From the IMG/VR virus record IMGVR_UViG_3300050161_000085, positions 1 through 37,858 of that record: a stretch of 37,858 nt of DNA. One strand, written 5' to 3'. This DNA comes from a virus (Duplodnaviria > Caudoviricetes). Positions 33,534 to 37,858 of this stretch are shown piece by piece. Position 1 is the first letter of the stretch. Each line of letters opens with the position of its first letter. The notes under the pieces were generated by a model. That model was not told the DNA's origin. It worked only from the letters and a program-made list of their open reading frames with translations, and ran no database searches. Made by a program: the position numbers and the translations under genes.

Positions 33534-34885
33534 ACGCACCCGTGGAGAGCTACACCATTGATGCCATTGCAGCGATTGAGGCCGAAAACGGATTGATCGG
33601 CGGGCTGCTTTTGGACAATTCCGCGTTTGACCGGATCGGAGAAAAGCTCAAACCAGAGCACTTTTTCAGCGAAAAAAACCGGGAAATTTTCAGCGAAATT
33701 ACACGCCAAATTGCACGCGGAAATCTGTGCGATGTGGTGACGGTTGGCATGGCAATGCAGGGCCACGCCACCATGCAGGAATTGAACGCACTGGCGCAGT
33801 ACGTGCCCAGCTCGGCCAATATCCGGCGATATGCGGACATGGTGATCGAGAGACACAAAAGCCGGGCTTTGATGGCGGTGAGCGCCGAACTGACCGAGCT
33901 CGCGCAAGACCACGGGCGAACGATTGAAGACCGCGTGGAGTCCGCCCAGGGCCAGCTTTCCAAGTTGCTGGACGAGGCCCCGCGCGATGAATGGGTGAGC
34001 GCCTATGAGGGCATGACCAACCACACCAAGGTGCTGGAAGATCGGGCAGACGGCAAGAACCACGCATGGTCGACCGGCCTGACGGATTTGGATGAATACC
34101 TTGAAGGCGGTTTCCGGCCCGGCGAACTGATCATTGTCGGTGCACGTCCTTCGATGGGTAAAACAGCCCTGGCCATGACCATCGGGCTGCGGATGGCGTC
34201 TGATTACTCCGTGGCCATGCTGTCAATGGAAATGCCGCACAGCGAAGTCAGGGACCGCATGACGGCCATGCTGGGGAACGTGAGCCTGTCAGCCGTCAAG
34301 CGGCCATCCAAGGGCGACGGGCTGGCATGGGACCGGGTTGTGGACGGCGTTGAAAAAGCCAAGTTCATGAATTTCTATGTGTCAGACCAAGGCGGTTTGA
34401 ACATCAACCAAGTGCGCAGCAAGGCCAGAAACATCAAGCGGCTGCACGGCCTGAATGTGCTGATTCTGGACTACATCGGCCTGATGTCGGGCATGGATTC
34501 CAAACAGCCACGCGCCTACCAACTGGAAGAAATTAGCCGGGGCCTCAAGACCTTGGGCAAAGAACTGGACATTGCGATCCTGTGTCTTGCCCAGGTCAAC
34601 CGCAAGGTGGAAGAACGGGTGGACCACACACCAGCCCTATCTGACTTGAGGGACAGCGGGGCCATTGAACAGGACGCGGACGTGGTGATTTTTGTTCACC
34701 GACCCATACAGGCCAAGCCAGAACTTGGACCCGAATGGAAGTATTACGCCAAAGCCAGCATTGCCAAAAACAGGCAGGGGCGATGCGGCGTGATCAGCCT
34801 CAGCTATCAAGGCGACCAAACCAAATTTGCGGGATGGCAGGGCGATGCGCCGTCTAAATCTTCATCAAACAGGGGTGATCTGTGA
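33530..34885 (+). CDS. dnaB: Replicative DNA helicase
   Basis: GARPSMGKT Walker A, SMEM, DYIGL, LAQVNR, DLRDSGAIEQDAD, KNRQG. Confidence 0.96.
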   Translation: MNAPVESYTIDAIAAIEAENGLIGGLLLDNSAFDRIGEKLKPEHFFSEKNREIFSEITRQIARGNLCDVVTVGMAMQGHATMQELNALAQYVPSSANIRRYADMVIERHKSRALMAVSAELTELAQDHGRTIEDRVESAQGQLSKLLDEAPRDEWVSAYEGMTNHTKVLEDRADGKNHAWSTGLTDLDEYLEGGFRPGELIIVGARPSMGKTALAMTIGLRMASDYSVAMLSMEMPHSEVRDRMTAMLGNVSLSAVKRPSKGDGLAWDRVVDGVEKAKFMNFYVSDQGGLNINQVRSKARNIKRLHGLNVLILDYIGLMSGMDSKQPRAYQLEEISRGLKTLGKELDIAILCLAQVNRKVEERVDHTPALSDLRDSGAIEQDADVVIFVHRPIQAKPELGPEWKYYAKASIAKNRQGRCGVISLSYQGDQTKFAGWQGDAPSKSSSNRGDL

Positions 34886-35337
34886 ACAACTGGCAATTGA
34901 TCTTCGAGTTTTACGAAATGATGAATCCGCTGATCTTGAAAGAGCGGAAAAACGAATGGGCCATTGACCCCTATGCGTGGGATACCGGCTTGATTCGCAT
35001 GACACCGATTGAAAACTGGTTCTGGAGCGATATCAGGGGCGCAAATGCCGTGATGTACCCGCAATACCCCGTGGCAGGCGTGTTCATTGATTTTGCCAAC
35101 CCAGTTGCAAAGGTGGGCATTGAGTGCGACGGCTTGAATTTCCACCTTGACAAAAAGAAGGATCAAGACCGCGACGCCATGCTGGGAAAGCTGGGATGGA
35201 CCATCTACCGTTTGACCGGCGCGGACTGCATGAAAGATTTTGACGAAGAAAACATGGAGCTATCGCCCGGTCAAAAGCTGATGCGCCATGTGTGTGATGT
35301 ACACGGCATATCGCGTTTTTCACGGGTGGCCGCATGA
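34882..35337 (+). CDS. DUF559/Vsr-like endonuclease
   Basis: TP.E...W, PQYPV.G.FIDFA, IECDG..FH, D..RD..L...GW.IYR motifs. Confidence 0.8.
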   Translation: MNNWQLIFEFYEMMNPLILKERKNEWAIDPYAWDTGLIRMTPIENWFWSDIRGANAVMYPQYPVAGVFIDFANPVAKVGIECDGLNFHLDKKKDQDRDAMLGKLGWTIYRLTGADCMKDFDEENMELSPGQKLMRHVCDVHGISRFSRVAA

Positions 35338-35558
35338 CCATCTGCCCACATGGAATCGACAGAAACCTCCCTTGCACGTTCTGTGCTGGCACACCTGATC
35401 GACGCCCACAAATGGGACCCGAGCTACGCGGAGAAGTCGGCGAGGAACTTTGCGCGGCTGGACCCGTGGCAACTTGCGGACATGCCGGAACAGCTGAAGG
35501 CACTGTTGCAACCCGCCAAACCTTTGAAGTGATTGATTTTTACCGGGGTGAGGCGTGA
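35334..35558 (+). CDS. Hypothetical protein (frame ambiguous with 35350-35532)
   Basis: 4-nt overlaps at both ends; CPHG...C..C N-terminus; a nested alternative ORF also looks protein-like. Confidence 0.45.
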   Translation: MTICPHGIDRNLPCTFCAGTPDRRPQMGPELRGEVGEELCAAGPVATCGHAGTAEGTVATRQTFEVIDFYRGEA

Positions 35559-35887
35559 ACAAATACGGCGCAATCAAAACCCAGGTGAACGGCATCACCT
35601 TCGACAGCAAAGCCGAGGCCAGCCGATACGGCGAATTGCTGCTGCTTGGCAAGGCCGGGCACATCGCTGGCCTGACCCTGCAAGTGCCATTCATCCTCGC
35701 GCCAGCCGTGATCCTGAATGGCCGAAAAAAGCCAGCCCTCAAGTACGTGGCCGATTTTGTGTATACGGACACCAAGCTGGGCCAGATCGTGGTGGAAGAC
35801 GTCAAGGGCGTGATGACGCCACTTTTCAGAGCGAAGCAACACTTGATGAAAAGCGTGCACGGCGTTGATGTGAGGGTGACGGCATGA
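35555..35887 (+). CDS. DUF1064-family PD-(D/E)xK nuclease
   Basis: NKYGA.K...GITFDSK.EA.RY, Y.ADF.Y, VVEDVKG motifs. Confidence 0.88.
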   Translation: MNKYGAIKTQVNGITFDSKAEASRYGELLLLGKAGHIAGLTLQVPFILAPAVILNGRKKPALKYVADFVYTDTKLGQIVVEDVKGVMTPLFRAKQHLMKSVHGVDVRVTA

Positions 35888-36639
35888 GAGTTCTTGTGGC
35901 TTGCGAATACTCTGGCCGCGTGCGTGATGCCTTCATTGCAGAGGGTCATGACGCTATGAGCTGCGACCTGTTGCCGACGGATGCCCCAGGACCACACTAC
36001 CAAGGCGATGTGCGCGACGTAATCGGGGGGGGGTGGGACATCATGGTTAGCCATCCACCATGCACCTACCTGTCAAGCTCTGGATTGCACTGGAACAAGC
36101 GGGTGCCGGGTCGTGCCGAGAATACCGAGGACGCGCTGAAATTTGTTCAATTGCTGCTGGATGCGCCAATCCCGTACATCGCGCTGGAAAACCCAATTGG
36201 TTGCATCAGCACGCGCATCAGAAAGCCCAGCCAGACGATTCAACCGTGGATGTTTGGCGAAGACGCCAGCAAGGCGACTTGCCTTTGGCTCAAGGGCTTG
36301 CCAGAACTGAAATCAACCTCCATTAAAGAGCCGCGCTGGGTGTGCTGTGGCATCCCTTTGCCAGAGGGAGCGGAGAAATACGGTTGCGCAAATTGCTGCG
36401 GTGATAAGCGCCCCGTCGGACGCTGGGCAAACCAGACCGACTCTGGCCAAAACCGCCTGCCACCAACGGAGGACAGATGGAAAATCAGGAGCGAGACTTA
36501 CAAAGGGATTGCCCAAGCGATGGCGCAGCAGTGGAGTGCGCATATCAGCAAGGCATCCAAGCCGGGAAACAAAGAAGCCTTGAGCTTGTCGAGTTCGCTA
36601 CCTATGCAGATCGAAAAGCAATTCGCTCTGGCTGGATGA
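35884..36639 (+). CDS. DNA cytosine-C5 methyltransferase-like protein (copy 2) with Cys-rich insert
   Basis: MRVLVACEYSG, HPPC, ALENP, RS.TY.GIA.AMA.QW motifs. Confidence 0.82.
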   Translation: MRVLVACEYSGRVRDAFIAEGHDAMSCDLLPTDAPGPHYQGDVRDVIGGGWDIMVSHPPCTYLSSSGLHWNKRVPGRAENTEDALKFVQLLLDAPIPYIALENPIGCISTRIRKPSQTIQPWMFGEDASKATCLWLKGLPELKSTSIKEPRWVCCGIPLPEGAEKYGCANCCGDKRPVGRWANQTDSGQNRLPPTEDRWKIRSETYKGIAQAMAQQWSAHISKASKPGNKEALSLSSSLPMQIEKQFALAG

Positions 36640-36665
36640 GCGCCAGAAAGGAAGAATCGGCATGA
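36477..36665 (+). CDS. Overlapping small protein with Rmf-like motif (tentative)
   Basis: GGAGG 4 nt before the ATG; AYQQGIQAG..RS.E.......R.....GW..A; stop couples to the next gene. Confidence 0.4.
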   Translation: MENQERDLQRDCPSDGAAVECAYQQGIQAGKQRSLELVEFATYADRKAIRSGWMSARKEESA

Positions 36666-36820
36666 AACAACCCCAAGACACCCAAACCACAGACGCCTTC
36701 CAAAAAGACGTGTTTGACCTAACCCACACCGACGACTGGCCATTCCCCGAGCCCATCACATGGCCGGTAAAGACGGAGCCGACGCTTCGGGAGTGGCTGA
36801 CGGGGTTGCTTAAGAAATGA
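36662..36820 (+). CDS. 52-aa hypothetical protein
   Basis: ATGA overlaps at both ends; WPFP motif. Confidence 0.6.
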   Translation: MKQPQDTQTTDAFQKDVFDLTHTDDWPFPEPITWPVKTEPTLREWLTGLLKK

Positions 36821-37071
36821 AAATCTACAAAGGCGCAGTTTGCAAAGTAATCGGCGGCGTCGATGGCTTGAACATCGGCAAAACCGTGGTGGTTGCTTCG
36901 CTGCAAGGCGAGCATTCCAAGTACGGACGAATCTGGCGCTGCACGGCCCATGAATGCCAACTCATCACCGAATATGGCGTGGTTTGTATCGCTGCTGATT
37001 TTGCACAAGACTGGTTAGAAGTGATCCCGCCAATAGCCGCCAAACCATCGCAAATAAGGATGGAAGCATGA
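36817..37071 (+). CDS. Hypothetical protein (SH3-like)
   Basis: Coupled overlaps; G..V.V...W...D.WL..IPP pattern. Confidence 0.65.
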   Translation: MKIYKGAVCKVIGGVDGLNIGKTVVVASLQGEHSKYGRIWRCTAHECQLITEYGVVCIAADFAQDWLEVIPPIAAKPSQIRMEA

Positions 37072-37475
37072 CCTCCCTAGAGCTAGAACTACACAACCGT
37101 CAGCAAGCATGGGCGATCATGCAGGACAGGCTCTACCCGTTCCTGAAACTCGCCCTGCAAGACGGCAAACGGCTGATCCTCAAGGTAGGCCCACGCAAGC
37201 GTACACCCAAGCAAAACCGCCGCTATTGGGGCCAAGGCGTACTCGCGCAGATAGCAGACCAAGCCACGGTAGGCGGAAAGCTGTTTGACGCCGCATCTTG
37301 GCACGAGCATTTCAAGCGCAAGTTCATCGGCGTGATCGAACTGCCGGACGGCCAAGTGATCGGCAAAAGCTCCACGAACCTTGATACGACCGAGTTTTGC
37401 ACATTCTGCGACCAAGTTGAAGCCTACGCCTGCACAGAGCTGGGCGTGACGTTTTATGACCTGCAACCCCATTAA
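37068..37475 (+). CDS. ninB: NinB-family recombination protein
   Basis: KRT..QN..YW..L..IA.Q, W....K..F, SST.L...EF....E motifs. Confidence 0.8.
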   Translation: MTSLELELHNRQQAWAIMQDRLYPFLKLALQDGKRLILKVGPRKRTPKQNRRYWGQGVLAQIADQATVGGKLFDAASWHEHFKRKFIGVIELPDGQVIGKSSTNLDTTEFCTFCDQVEAYACTELGVTFYDLQPH

Positions 37476-37494
37476 CCACCACTGAAAGACCACG

Positions 37495-37725
37495 ATGAAC
37501 CTACACACCCCTAAGCGCGGACAAGACGAAACATTTGCGGATTACAAATCACGGCGCAAGCAATCGCACATTGCGAACGGCCTGCCCGGCAGCAGCTTGT
37601 TCATTCCGACAAAAAGGCAACCGCAGCAAACCAGCGACCGCGCCATGCGCCGTGCCAGCATCGCCCTGGCTGGCGGCATTCGGCAATACAAGCGCCTGAA
37701 AAACGGCGGGTGGGCCAAAGTATGA
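37495..37725 (+). CDS. Basic hypothetical protein
   Basis: PKR...ETF..YK.RR and GIRQYKR motifs; coupled to the next ORF. Confidence 0.65.
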   Translation: MNLHTPKRGQDETFADYKSRRKQSHIANGLPGSSLFIPTKRQPQQTSDRAMRRASIALAGGIRQYKRLKNGGWAKV

Positions 37726-37858
37726 AATACATCATCCTAATCCTGCTATTCGCCGCCACCCAAGCAATGGCAACCCGCGTGCATGAATGTGCGCCTAAGC
37801 CAAAGCCGCCCACAGTGACGCCGCCGACCGTAGCGCCCCCATCCCAGCCCAACAAACC
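37722..37858 (+). CDS. Secreted/Pro-rich protein, truncated by window end
   Basis: MKYIILILLFAATQAMA signal-peptide-like start; ATGA overlap. Confidence 0.55.
   Translation, partial: MKYIILILLFAATQAMATRVHECAPKPKPPTVTPPTVAPPSQPNK

Larger units (their letters stand above)
1..37858. mobile_element. Near-complete temperate-type podovirus genome (BPP-1/epsilon15-like virion module, lambdoid early region)
   Basis: Continuous phage gene set: portal, scaffold, capsid, tail tubes, ejection proteins, terminase, fibre, lysis, recT/ssb, cI/cro, initiator/DnaB, nin. No host housekeeping genes. Both window ends fall in nin-like genes. Confidence 0.95.

Noticed and set aside
26316-35884. Invertible segment bounded by the two inverted MTase genes
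   Set aside because: The copies differ at many synonymous positions, and no invertase or exact terminal repeats were seen.
1-37858. CRISPR array, tRNA or rRNA genes
   Set aside because: No regularly spaced repeat-spacer units or cloverleaf with canonical T-loop seen by eye; tRNAscan was not run.

Overview
The window is almost the whole genome of a temperate-type, short-tailed (podovirus-like) dsDNA phage. The host is probably a betaproteobacterium (the SSB looks Comamonadaceae-like; inference). Positions 1-25.6 kb (+) hold the late genes: HTH regulator, T7/BPP-1-type portal, an inserted four-gene adhesin-like module (Calx-beta/PKD/beta-helix), scaffold, major capsid, cement protein, tail tubular A/B, ejection proteins, T7-gp19-type terminase, tail fibre and a holin/M15 endolysin/Rz-Rz1 lysis cassette. 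Positions 25.6-29.8 kb (-) are the leftward early region: a self-contained methyltransferase+RHH cassette, ssb, recT and many tiny membrane ORFs. Positions 29.8-31.3 kb are a lambdoid switch with TACC-N4-GGTA operators over PL and PR, a peptidase-less cI and a probably leaderless cro. Positions 31.3-37.9 kb (+) cover replication (DUF1376 initiator with iterons, DnaB) and a nin-like region with a second methyltransferase. No integrase, partition genes, RecE or reverse transcriptase are visible. The most unusual items are: (1) a ~375-nt highly structured non-coding element with C4/P4-CI-like antisense logic and a G-tract inside the immunity region, a candidate RNA-controlled or RNA-primed maintenance system in an integrase-less phage; (2) a Calx-beta domain apparently split across two adjacent virion proteins; (3) two C5-methyltransferase-like paralogues, each with an in-frame G_GGA_AAC slippery site leading into an overlapping -1 ORF; (4) a repeated 16-bp late-promoter box and a GNRA-rich capsid leader. 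All family assignments are by eye from motifs and synteny; no database search was run.
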